64,000 nucleotides of DNA from Nymphaea colorata (lineage: Eukaryota): contig NC_045138.2 of NCBI RefSeq assembly GCF_008831285.2, positions 32,674,001 to 32,738,000 of the forward strand, given 5' to 3'. Shown one piece after another: positions 44,901 to 57,800 of this stretch. Position 1 is the stretch's first letter, and each line of letters starts with the position of its first letter. The notes below the pieces were generated by a model. The model saw only the letters and a list, made by a program, of their open reading frames with translations, had not been told where the DNA came from and did not search any database. Made by a program: the position numbers and the translations under genes.

Positions 44901-46735
44901 CTGTATCTTCTGTCTTCCAATAACCAAAAATGATTGGTGATGACTTCATTCTTGTTCAGAGAAAGAAAATGAAAAGTCCACAAACAGCAGATACAAGTTT
45001 TAATACACACTCCAATTCTATAAAACTACAGGAGGAAAAAAATACAGATCAAAATATTTGCAAAACATGCAAGAACATTTCTCCAAAGGAAGTGCACATG
45101 CAACCCACCAATCGTTCCACAGAACCTATTACAAAGCTTCTCAACCAGACCTTCCATTTGCTTGTCCTACAAAAATTTAAATATCAGAAAGGGAGTGGAA
45201 GGACGAGACTGGAAGAACAGTTACATTGCATGTACAATGCAAACTGAAGCACCTTTTTAATTAACCCAATTAGGAACTGCACAATGCTGCAAAAAGTTTG
45301 TTCAGCGAAGTTCTGGTTGGACAGTCTGCTAAGAATGTCTGGCAGGAAATTGTAGACAGGATTGCTTCCTACAAAGGGACAACATGTTGGCATATTTAAC
45401 ATAATCTTGTTGTACCAGTTGTTAAAAGTCCAGAGTTGTAGCTTAAAATTTAAATTTGTTACCCTTCTTTGACAATTCATGGAAAAAAAACTTGGCTGAA
45501 TTTGAGATCCTGTCATCCACATCTTCTAATTGAACAGCCATTTCATTAATGCAACCCTTTGCCTGGTCAACAAGCATTCCACGTGTAACTTGGTATTTTC
45601 TCCTAAACAACAGTGTACCAAAAGTATCTTTGGCCAAAATAAGTACCTTCATCATGTCATTCAGAATGAGATGAGAAAGGACCAGAACAGCATTTTTTCG
45701 GACAGATATTGCAGGATCACAAAGCCGAGCATACATGTTCTCTTTCCATGGCTCTAATAGATTAGGAAAACGCACTGACAAATCTCCAAGAGCTATTGTA
45801 CAATTGGAACGAACAGTTTCACGTGGTGCATTCTCAGCAACAGTGAATAGAAGCTGCAGATTTGCTTCACTGCTAATGGTTTGGCTTACACAGTTAGGAT
45901 TTGCAATACGGGCCATGTTATTTTTATCCAAATTGCATGAGATAATGATCAGATACTTTACCAAAAGTTAGCATCAATTAGCATCAACTTGCAGAGAGCC
46001 AGCATACCAGCAGCTTGTAACTCAGGGTACTACAGACATAAATGGGCATATTAATTTTCCCAGGCTCATAAAGACAGTAGTCTTAAAGATTTAGTATTCA
46101 ACAAAACCACTCACCTGCTGCATTGAGCCGAAGTTCCTACATAGTTTCGCAACAAGAGGAGCACATAGCCCAATTAAATTTTTATCAGTTGAACCACCTG
46201 AAATAATATCCTTCTCAGCTTGTTCAGAAAGAGAATCGAGCCTAGCATCATCAGAATCTGCAAGACCCAATCCACGATTGATAGCATTTTCCTGGACAAT
46301 GGGGAAAAAAGGTAAAACACATTTCCCTTAGCCTAAAATTCAATTACCATGGAGCAAGCATATCAAGACGAACCAAACCAAAGACAGAACTCCAGGTAAA
46401 ATCCAGAGAAAATTAGACTAAACAGGAATCCACTAGATCATCAGATGCAATCTTACTTTATTGGGTGCTGCAGAAGCTTCAGCATGTCCATTGGGGTCAT
46501 TCTGCTGTTCAGATGTAGATGTTTCTTTCTTCTTTTTCTGCCTTTGGATTTTTCTAACACAAGACTCAATGTAAACCAACTGATTCAATGCTACATGGCT
46601 TACAATAAAAAGGAATCTACTAAGTTTTGTAACTTTAACTGATATTGAAGTGTTGCCATTTCTACTCCCACTTTCAGCATTAGTTACATTACTGGTGCCA
46701 TTGCAAGGAAAAGTAAGATTCTGAGCCTTTTTAAC
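41983..46735. repeat. Direct segmental duplicate of ~31602-36448
   Basis: Identical ORF translations at offset 10287 (e.g. 33459/43746, 35156/45443) and near-identical at offset 10381 (31703/42084). The offsets differ because of a ~93-bp indel. Confidence 0.97.
43771..46735 (-). pseudogene. CAP-D2: 5'-truncated duplicate fragment of CAP-D2 (3' exons only, cut mid-exon)
   Basis: Same exons as 33484-36448. Homology stops abruptly at 46735, with no upstream exons or start codon. Confidence 0.9.
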
Positions 46736-48250
46736 TTTAGTTACATTATTGGCTTAGTGCTTTCGAAGCAAACTCCCCACGAGGTAGATTGTCACACTGT
46801 TTTTTCTTATTTCCATGTCAACAGTATCCATATCAACATCACCAACAACAACAATGACAACACAAATCCAACTCCAAATCTTCTTCTATTGATGGACCGC
46901 ACGCAGCATAAAACTTCTTCTATTTCAAGTGTTACTGGAGTCGATTCGAATCCAACTCCAGATCTTACTCTGATAACAGTCAACACAAATCAAATCCAAG
47001 TATGCCTCGACAACTTGAATTTGGGTTCAAATCAAATATGGATTTGGGTACGATATGTATTTTTTTTTTTTGGTTGGCTTCTTATGTTTCAATTGCTTTG
47101 TTTGGGAGAGAGTCTACATAGTTTTGCGGCGAAGTTTTTTAGATGCGTGCAGGGAGGTCAGATCTCCATTTTAAGTACGACACCAAGGCAAGGAAGACAG
47201 AACTGCTGGCCCACTTGCTGAGCTTGCTTTGAGGTGGAAAGCGAGTCCTGCTATATAAGTTGGATCACCTAATGTCTAGATTAGACTTAAATAAACTAAA
47301 GTACGTTGCTAATCTACTATTTTGAGTGTTGGCTTTTGACAACAATGAAAAAAGAATGCAATTTTTCTTTCCTCGAGTTATAAAAGGCAGTCAACGAGAG
47401 ATATATATATATGAAGTAAATCTTCTTAAGCGACTGGTTATCCAGATAAACTGGGATAAAGTGGGAACTGGATCGCAAGAACGCCACCGAGAAGATGAGG
47501 CAGAAAAGCTATTCTGTAATGAAAAAGAAGAATCATGAAGAGCCAGTCATTTCATTATGCGGTTACAAGCTTCCTCTTTGAATATTCGGCCATATTTAAA
47601 TTCAGCCGTTGACCATCTTTGGGACACCTTCTAACATCCATGAGACCAAGTAGGAGCTTCCCCAATTGCCCTTTCCTTGCCCATGCAATGATCCCTCTAA
47701 GGGGGTTTGGCAACAAGAACACCAACACAGTGTTCCAACCATCAACCACCCACTTGAATATATCATAATTTTCATAAAGATGGCCCAATTAGGACCCAAC
47801 AGTAACAAAGAGGAAGGAACATAGTTCTACGTCCATGTTTTCGGATAGACTTAAACAAGACTTATTATCAACCATTGCAATACTTGGATTAGGGCAAACT
47901 ATTTTGGCTAAAATCAATACAAGCAACAGTTAAGTACCTAGAACCTGGGGAAAATTGTAAGATTAAATTATATTACAACTGCATTCACGTAAGAATTTTC
48001 TATGCTAGTAAAGGTGCCTATTCCCTGACACTTGCTTCTTGTAGCGAGGACAAGAAGCCGATGGATCAATTTGTTCATATTAATCTCAACGTGAAACGCG
48101 AGGTTCATAAATATGTGGTGACAAAAGGAATATTTATTATTCTTCTTTGGAATTCAGAAAAAATAAAAAAACAACACAATAATTGTGAGTTTTTCACCTC
48201 AGCTTTTGATCTACGCAGTTTTTTCTCTTTCCCATAATATGAGTCCCATG

Positions 48251-48286
<36 letters not shown>

Positions 48287-48614
48287 TGTTTAACGGCCCT
48301 AACATCTAAGTGGTATTTTACCTTCAAATGATTTTTTTTTGTACTTTAAATGATATTACAGTCAGAGTTTATGAGTGCCCAGGAGTTTGGCTTTGCAGTG
48401 AATGCATATATTTCTTTAAGATTGTTAGATCGAAAGAAACAACTAAAAATTAAATAACAATAAAAGGGACATTTTTCTTAAAAAACTAATAAAAAGAAAG
48501 TTTTCTTTATGAGTTGGATTTTAATCCGATCAACTTAAAATGAATCACCCTTACGGGCTGTGCTGCGTGATGTTTTCAATGTCTTTTTCTATTAAATGGA
48601 ATGAACACTCATAC

Positions 48615-48680
48615 CTATTCCTGGTTGCTCCTAGAAAAGGGAAGTTGAAACAGAATAGCACCAACACTCCAAAGGTCTGC
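48615..48680 (-). pseudogene. Orphan Ser/Thr kinase pseudo-exon (subdomain IX, ATG1-like): ADLWSVGAILFQLPFSRSNQE*
   Basis: Bounded by cttgcag| and |gtatg. Matches recalled plant ATG1 ADLWSVGAILFQLVTG..PF with about 5 codons deleted and a terminal TAG. Confidence 0.7.
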
Positions 48681-49104
48681 CTGCAAGGTACAAGAGAGCA
48701 GATATAGACGAGATTATCTAAAAAGCAATTCAGGTAACAGACTCTAGAATACAGCAAGCCTGTTGTCATTGGCAAGAGGCAAGCAGTAGTACCTTTGCAT
48801 ATGTACATATTGATATGTTGAAGATACTGAAACTTGACATTCGTAGTTGCAGTTTTTGACTGAAGTTGACCCATAAATTTGCTATTAGAGCTAATGTAAC
48901 CAGGCATTACCTGCAAACCTTTTCTGTCATTCCCTCATCTTTCAAACTTCATATCTTACGCATTGAAAGGAAGAGTAGACTAGCCAAACAAATTTATGAT
49001 TCCAATACATCAAGCAGCCATACCCATGTTGGGTCAGACAAAAGAAATTGATGATGGTACAATTTAGACCATGTATGAACATTTAGAGGTTGTATGACAT
49101 GAAC

Positions 49105-49473
49105 CATAGCCACAAAAAACTTTCACGTATTTTAAACAAGGTTTTTCTCGGGTATATTACAGCGAGCATGGAAAAAAGAAAAAAATACGAAAAAAGTGTG
49201 GTGAATTTTTAACAAATTAAAAAAAAACTAAAAATAAGGGAAAATAAAATAAGTGAAAAAATAATAATATAAGCATAAAAAAATAAATAGATTTGCAACA
49301 AATTAAAATTAGAAAATGGGAAAAAAATTTCTCATTAAGAAAAACATGAAAAAATGAAAAAAAACGCAAACAAACACATTTTTTATGTTAACATTAAAAA
49401 AAGCATTTTTTTACAATTTTAGATGATTATTTTATTTATTGCATTTTAAAAAAGTGTGTTTATTGTGACTATG
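49105..49473. mobile_element. 369-bp hAT-type MITE
   Basis: TIRs CATAGCCACAAAAAAC / GTTTATTGTGACTATG and an exact 8-bp TSD ACATGAAC (49097-49104, 49474-49481). The interior is A-rich. Confidence 0.9.
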
Positions 49474-52039
49474 ACATGAACATATAATAGTTAGATGTTC
49501 ATCAAGTTTCTTCGAAGATTTATTAGGTCAGATATATTATTTCAGTCCATGATTTCCAATTTCCCTAATGAGACAAAGGGCTGGGATGCAGGTTCAACCA
49601 TAACACGAATTGAAGGCCACTGATCACTCAGGCCACTAATGACTAATCATTTGGTTGCAGCCTATCTCTATGGGGAGAAGCAAGAACTACCTGTAAGATT
49701 TTCATATTAATGAAATATTTGAAACATGACATCCAAAAGTATAGTTTAATACATTTACACACTACTGCATACCTGATCGCCTGTGCTAGATGGGGAGAGA
49801 GAGCCCATCAAATGTGGCTTTAAACATTGCAACTATTTGCCAAAATCTCTCAAGCTTTGATTCCCTGTGGAAGCGATAGCAAAATGAGAAAGTCTCAGCT
49901 TCACACATATATAGTGATTTGAGTCAAAACAATCAAACTAGTTTTAGCCCCATATCCAGAAAGCTTGCTTGAAATAGAAATATCGAGCAACATGGGAGTT
50001 TGATGTGAAAATGAATCAATCCAGTATACAACAGCAGCAACAATAAGAAGCACAGCCTACAAAAGCAGACCTGTTGCACCTCCCTGACATACTCAAAGTG
50101 CTAGTACATTTCATAACTGCCATACATGTCTAGTTATTGAGGACAAGCAAATAAAAAAACAGAACCCAAGATCTATGGTTGTAGTAGCGTGTAGAAGATG
50201 GTTTACTCAGATCTTTAGAATGTCAGGGCACTTGACCAGTCCTTCATATAAAAGGGTTGCAGTAAGGCCCATAAATGAACACAATCGACTGAACCACCAT
50301 TGCATATGGGTTCAAACCTGTGGAAAGTCATGTAGGATTCAAATAAATAAATCATGAACGAACACATGACGTCCTTATTATGTCTGTCAAGAACTATAGA
50401 CAAAACCAAGATATCAAAAGGTCAAGAAGGTAAACACTAAGTATTTATTTAAAAGGAAAAAGGGTCAAGGGAGGGGAACCAAAAAAAAAAAAAAAAGCTA
50501 TAAGTGCCAGCTTTATTGCAACATCAATTTAGGTCCTTGAAATTGGAAATAAAAGACCAATCTAGGAAAACATGGGTCACATATTTCAGCTATAATTTAC
50601 AACAAATTTACATATGGCAACGACATCTTTTACTTTAGTCAACATCCAAGCATTGCTTTTTGTGTTCTTTTATGCACTTTAAGTAATTTTCACATTGTGT
50701 TGATTATATGGTAATTTTTCTGTTCCTTTATCCACTTTAACTAATCTTGACATTGTGTTGGTTATATGGTAAGGGTACCTCATAAATGAAATCATTATTA
50801 AATGTGAACATGTTTTTCTAAAACAACATAAAATATGAAAGGAATGACCAAAAAAGCTCAAACATTTGCAAAATTATTCAAAGTAAAGAAAGTATAAGGT
50901 CACATACCACTATCTATTGCATATGTACCTGTCAGTGAGACCTGCAAAGATGTACCATCAGTGACCATGGACAACTTGAATTTGGGTAAGAAATGTATTT
51001 TTTTTTTGTTGGCTTCTTATGTTTTGATTGCTTTGTTTGGGAGAGACACTACATAGTTTTACAAAGAAATTTTTGAGATGCGTGCAGGAAGGTCAGATCT
51101 CCATTTTAAGTACGACACCAAGGCAAAGAAGACAGAATTACTGGCCTACTTGCTGAGCTTGCTTTGATGATAAGAACCTCCATTCTCTAGTAAAAAACCT
51201 AAAATTTACACAGTTTCGACAACATATGACTAGTTAAACTGTTAAACAACTACTATGTATGTCATACCTCTGTAGTGGATTATCATCTGACTGAAGTTGA
51301 GCAGCTCTATCATTTGCCTCATTTGAATGCATAGATGAACCTAGCATACATTCACTTTGTTGAAGTCTTCGCCTTAATTCATTATCAGCAAATGAGTGTA
51401 AACAGGAGTTAATATTTTATTTCGTTCGTGGACCTTTATTATAAGTCTGTTTAGCTTACCTTAATCCTCATTAATATGGGATTAGGGCGAATGAAGATCA
51501 ATTCCCTTTCAGACCTGTGTAACATGGTATCAGATCTGACAAACCTAGCTTGGCCTGACACCAGCAGATCTTCTACTTCTTTTTCTTCTTCATCTCTTCT
51601 TTCTCCCTTTCTCCTCTACTTCCTTTTTTTTTTCTTGGTACACGTACCAGTGTATCAAGGAGGTAGCCATTGCTGGATAATCAAGGATCTAATTACCGCT
51701 GAATGTTATGGAGCAGGGAGCATACTTCTCTATTTTTAATTGTTGTTGTCAATGGTCATGGATCGCAATTGGTGAGCTGCAAGAAGATTTCTAAGTCAGG
51801 GAAGATCTGAAGTCCTTCAAACGAGTCCAAATTGGGTGAGTCTTCATGACCTTTTTCAAGAAAAGATTGTACCATTTATGATCAGTGAAAATTGAGCAGC
51901 TCAAACATCTGGTCCCAAAATGCAGAAGGAAACATGATATTTTTATAATGAAAAATACACTTTAAGTAGTCAAACATTTTGTGAACGATTTGCATCATGT
52001 TCTCGCACTTATCTAGTATACTAAGTTATTCATTGTCAT

Positions 52040-52941
52040 CTATGTCATATGGGTATGGGTACGGGTATGGGTACGGACCATTTTTTAAAAACTTGGATAC
52101 AGGGGTACGGCCGTACACACACATATATATGTCAAAAAAATTCAATTTAAAACCTTCAAGTTGAACCAGATCGGTAGTTTGATAGCATAGGACTAGTAAA
52201 AGTTGGCATAACCCTTGGTTGTCTATATTAAAGAAACTGGAGACTGTCAAAAGACTGAGCAATCCACACCCTAATTTCTATGTCAGTCGCTAACTTGCCC
52301 GGCGCTCCATTGGCCAAGTATGGCCGTCTGAACCCACTCGGCGGGAAAACCTAGCCAAGGCCATATGCTAGAAATAGAGGGCCGGGCTAGCTGAGCCAGA
52401 GTTCGCCCGTCTCTTTGTTGTTCCCTCCACCTTCCGACAGGCTCTGCAACAGTCGATCGATCGAGAGGGGGCAAAGCCGCTAAGGACAATAGCGAGGAGG
52501 AGGAAGAGGAAGAAGGAGAACAGCAGGAGGAGGAGGAGCGAGACGGGGAAGTTGTCCTTTCAAGGGAAGTAGTTTATCTCAAAGGTTGATCGATGATCTC
52601 TTTCGCTGTGCTTGGTCATCTTTAGTCATCGTCCTGCATCAGTGATGGCATCCATGTATCACAGTGGTGGTCCTGGAAGGCCACCACCTCCCTCTGCCTT
52701 CCCACCTCAATCACAGCAGCAACAGCAACCGCCGCCACCACCTCCCCCATCAATGGCCTCCTCCTTCAAACCTAACCACAACCATCCTCCTGCTCCCTCC
52801 CTTCAACCGAATCAATGGTCACTAACTTGCCCGGTGCGTTGACCGTACCCGGTACGATCAATGCCACACCATAGGCGTACCCAAGCCCGTACCCATACCA
52901 GATGGGTACTTCACCTTCACAGGCGTACCAGTGTATCATAG
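52040..52941. mobile_element. 902-bp non-autonomous hAT-type element with internal gene-like fragment
   Basis: Exact 8-bp TSD ATTGTCAT (52032-52039, 52942-52949), CTATG...CATAG termini, and subterminal GGGTAY hexamers on the left with inverse RTACCC motifs on the right. Confidence 0.85.
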
Positions 52942-54870
52942 ATTGTCATTCATTTTGTCTCACACATAACCTCCTAAAACTAACCACTATACTGATGCAT
53001 CTAGTTGGTCATGCATTGGTTGTATCAACCAGTCAACCATTTATTTCAATCGCATCAAACTGATATTTTTAACTTGATGGTGGGGTCGTTGCTTCACCAA
53101 GATCCTAGAGTAGTTCCCAGGTCTCACAAGACTACTTTTCCTTTCGTTGTACGGTGTTTGTCGTATCTTTTGCATTCATAATGAGCTGATCACATATTAT
53201 TTACATCACAGCCCTTGAGCGCTCCTTAAGTTATATGTGTCGCTCTCTCTTGTCAAGACAATGAAGCATGATGAACACGACTGTCAATAATAATCTCAAA
53301 CAAAGTCTAATTTTTTTCACCACTATTTGTCAAGAATGGGCTCCCACATGCAGCATCCGCTACTTCCCACGACAACCAGCTAGCCATTTATTTTAATTGC
53401 AAGTAATTGACATTTTGAGCTTGACGGTGGAGACGTTGTCTTATCAAGATCCTTGAGCAGTTCTCAGGTCTCATGGGACTTCTTCCCCCTCTTGTCCTAT
53501 GGGGTTCATCGTATCTTTTCAACCCTAGTTCGATTTAACCATATGAATTTTTTTTTTCTAAAGAACCTTATTTACATCTCCTCTGATTTACAAATTAAAA
53601 CATCGCCAACTGCTTTCAACTAATATTTTGTCTTACCTTCCATTATAAAGGAAACAAACATTTCCTAAGAGCATCATATCCAAAGTTCTTGCTATGCACC
53701 TTATATTATAGTTCAAGATAAAATTTATCAAGATGACGACAAGGGTCTTGTTGACCTTTTTCGTGAAATGATTATAGTATTTTTCATCAATGAAAATTAA
53801 GCGGCTCCCTCATGTGGCCTCAAAATGTTGAAAGCAGCATGATAGTTCTATAGTGAAAAATACACATTAAGTATTTGAACATTTAGTTTACGATTCTCAT
53901 TTACATCACATCCCATGAGCGCGTTTGTCTAATATTGCATGTTTTTCATTGACTTTCCTTTTGTCTTACGCATAACCTGCTAAATTGACCATTATACCAA
54001 TGCACATAGTTGGCCATGCATTGGACGTGTCAACCAGTGAGTAATTTATTTCAATTGGATCTAATAGACATTTTTAACTTGATGGTTGGCATGTTGCTTA
54101 ATCAAGATCCTACAGTAGTTCATTGACTTTTCCTTTTGTTGTATGGAGTTCATTGTATATTTAGAGCTCGAAATGAGACGTTTACATATCATTAACATCA
54201 CATCCCTTGAGCGCAATTGTCAAGTATTGCATAACTTCATAAAACTGACCATTATACCAATGCAACTACTTGGCCATGCATTGGTCGTGTCAACTAGTCG
54301 GCCATTTATTTCATTTCATCTAAACGACATTTCTAACTTGATTGTGGGCATGTTGCTTCATCAAGATCCTAGAGCAGTTCTCAGGTCTCACAGGACTGCT
54401 TTCCCTTTTGTTGCACGGGGTTCATCGTACCTTTTTGCGCTTAAAATGAGACGATCACGTGGCAGTTACATCACATCCCTTGAGCGCACATATCCAATAT
54501 TGCATGTTTCTCATTGACTTTTCTTTTGTCTTAAGCATAACCTCTTAAAACTGACCATTATACCAATGCATCTAGTTGGCCATGCATTGGTCGCCATTTA
54601 TTTCAATTGCATCTAAATAGCATTTTTAACTTGATGTTGGGCATATTGCTTCATCAAGATCCAAAAGCAGTTTCCTAGGTCTCTCAGTACTGCTTTCACT
54701 TTTGTTGTACAGGGCTCATCGTGTCTTTTGCGCTTATAATGAGACGATCACATATCATTTACATCACATCGCTTGAGCGTACTTCTCCATATTGCATGTT
54801 TATCATTGTCTTTCCTTTCGCGTTACCCATAATCTCCTAAAACCGACCATTATACCAATGCATCTAGATG
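52942..54870. repeat. Diverged edge monomers of the satellite (~260-306 bp), interrupted by unique sequence at ~53220-53380 and ~53530-53890
   Basis: Recognisable monomer motifs (atgcatctagttgg, catcaagatcctagag) carry many substitutions and an extra ~19-bp segment (gagacgatcacatatc). Confidence 0.85.
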
Positions 54871-57800
54871 GACGTACATTGGTTGCATCAACCAGTCAAC
54901 CATTTATTTCAATTTCCTCTAAATGACATTTCTAACTTGATGGTGGGCATGTTGCTTCATCAATATCCTAGAGCAGTTCCCAGGTCTGACAGGACTGTTT
55001 TCCCTTTTGTTGTATGGGGTTCATCGTATATTTAACGCTCTCATTTACATCACATCCCTTAAGCGCACTTGTCAAGTATTGCATGTTTTTCATTGACTAA
55101 CTTTTTGTCATACGCATAACCTTCAAAAACTGACCCTTATACCAATGCATCTAGTTGGCCATGCATTGGTCGTGTCAACAAGTCAGCCATTTATTTTAGT
55201 TGCATCAAAATGACATTTCTAACTTGATGGTGGGCATGTTTCATCATCAAGATCCTAGAGCAGTTCTCAGGTCTCCCGGGACTGCTTTCCCTTTTGTTGT
55301 ACGGGGTTCATCGTATATTTAGCGCTCTCATTTACATCACATCTCTTGAGCACACTTGTCAAGTATTGCATGTTTTTCATTGACTTTCAATTTGTCTTAG
55401 GCATAACCTCCAAAAACTGACCGTTACACCAATGCATCTAGTTGGCCATGCATTGGTCGTGTCAACAAGTCAGCCATTTATTTTAGTTGCATCTAAATGA
55501 CATTTCTAACTTGACGGTGCGCATGTTTCTTCATCAAGATCCTAGAGCAGTTCCCAGGTCTCACAGAACTGCTTTCCCTTTTGTTGTACGGGGTTCATCG
55601 TATATTTAGCGCTCTCATTTACATCACATCCTTGAGCTCAATTATCAATTATTGCACGTTTTTCATTGACTTTCTTTTTGTCTTACGCATAACCACCAAA
55701 AACTGACCTTTATACCAATGCATCTAGTTGGCCATGCATTGGTCGTGTCAACAAGTCAGCCATTTATTTCAATTGCATTAAAATGACATTTCTAACTTAA
55801 TGGTGTGCATGTTTCTTTATCAAGATCCTAGAACAGTTCCCAGGTCTCACAGGATAGATTTCCCTTTTGTTGTACGGGGCTCATCGACTATATAACGCTC
55901 TCATGTACATGACATCCCTTTAGAGCACTTGTCAAGTATTGCATGTTTTTCATTGACTTTCTTTTTGTCTTGCGCATAACCTCAAAAAACTGACCCTTAT
56001 ACCAATGCATCTAGTTGGCCATGCATTGGTCGTGTCAACCAGTATGCCATTTATTTCAATTTCATCCAAATGACATTTCTAACTTCATGGTGGGCATGTT
56101 GCTTCATCAAGATCCTAGAGAAGTTCCCAAGTCCCAAAGGACTGCTTTTCCTTTTGTTGTACAGGTTCATCATCATATATTTTGCGCACTGACCCTTATA
56201 TCAATGCATCTAGTTGGCCATGCATTGGTCGTGTCAACCAGTCTGCCATTTATTTCAATTTCATCCAAATTACATTTCTAACTTCATGGTGGGCATGTTG
56301 CTTCACCAAGATCAAAGAGCAGTTCCCAGGTCTACAGGACTGCTTTCCCATTTATTGTACGGGGTTCATCGTATATTTAGCGCTCTCATGTACATGACAT
56401 CCCTTGAGCGCACTTGCCAAGTATTGCATATTTTTCATTGACTTTCTTTTTGTCTTGCGCATAACCTCAAAAAACTGACGCTTATACCAATGCATCTAGT
56501 AGGCCTTGCATTGGTCGTGTCAACCAGTCTGCCATTTATTTCAATTTCATCCGAATGACATTTTTAACTTGATGGTGGGCATGTTGCTTCATCAAGATCC
56601 TAGAGCAGTTACTAGGTCTCACAGGACTGCTTTTCCTTTTGTTGTACGGGTTCATCATATATTTAGCACAATGACCCTCATACCAATGCATCTAGTTGGC
56701 CATGCATTGGTCGTGTCAACAAGTCAGCCATTTATTTTCATTGCATCTAAATGACATTTCTAACTTGATGGTGTCCATGTTTCTTCATCAAGATCCTAAA
56801 GAAGTTCCCAGGTCTCACAGGACTGCTTTCCCATTTGTTGTACGTAGTTCATCGTATATTGAGCGCTCTCATTTACATCACATCCCTTGAGCGCACTTGT
56901 CAAGGAGTGCATGTTTTTCATTGACTTTCTTTTTGTCTTACGCATAACCTCCAAAAACTGACCCTTATACCAATGCATCGAGTTGGCCATGCATTGGTCG
57001 TGTCAACCAGTCAGCCATTTATTTCAATTTCATGCAAATTATATTTCTAACTTGATGGTGGGTATGTTTCATCATCAAGATCATATAGCAGTTCCCAGGT
57101 CTCACAGGACTGCTTTCCCTTTTGTTGTACGGGGTTCATCGAATATTCAGCGCTCTCATTTACATCACATCCCTTGAGCGTACTTGTCAAGTATTGCATG
57201 TTTTTCATTGACTTTCTTTTTGTCTTACGCATAACCTCCAAAAACTGACCCTTATACCAATGCATCTAGTTGGCCATGCATTGGTCGTGTCAACAAGTCA
57301 ACCATTTATTTCAATTGCATCTAAATGACATTTCTAACTTGATGGTACGCATGTTTGTTCATCAAGATCCTAGAGCAGTTCCCAGGTCTCACAGGACTGC
57401 TTTCCCTGTTGTTGTACGGGGTTCATCGTATATTTAGCGCTCTCATGTACATGTCATCCCTTGAGCACACTTGTCAACTTTTGCATGTTTTTTATTGTCT
57501 TTTTTTTTGTCTTACGCATAACCTCCAAAAACTGACCCTTATACCAATGCATCTAGTTGGCCATGCATTGGTCGTGTCAACAAGTCAGCCATTTATTTCA
57601 ATTGTATTAAAATGACATTTCTAACTTGGTGGTGCGCATGCTTCTTCATCAAGATCCTAGAGCAGTTCCCAGGTCTAACAGGACTGTTTTTCCTTTTGTT
57701 GTGCGGGGCTCATCGTATATTTAGCGCACTCATTTACATCACATCCCTTGAGCGCATTTGTCAAGTATTGCATGTTTTTCATTGACTTTCTTTTTGTCTT

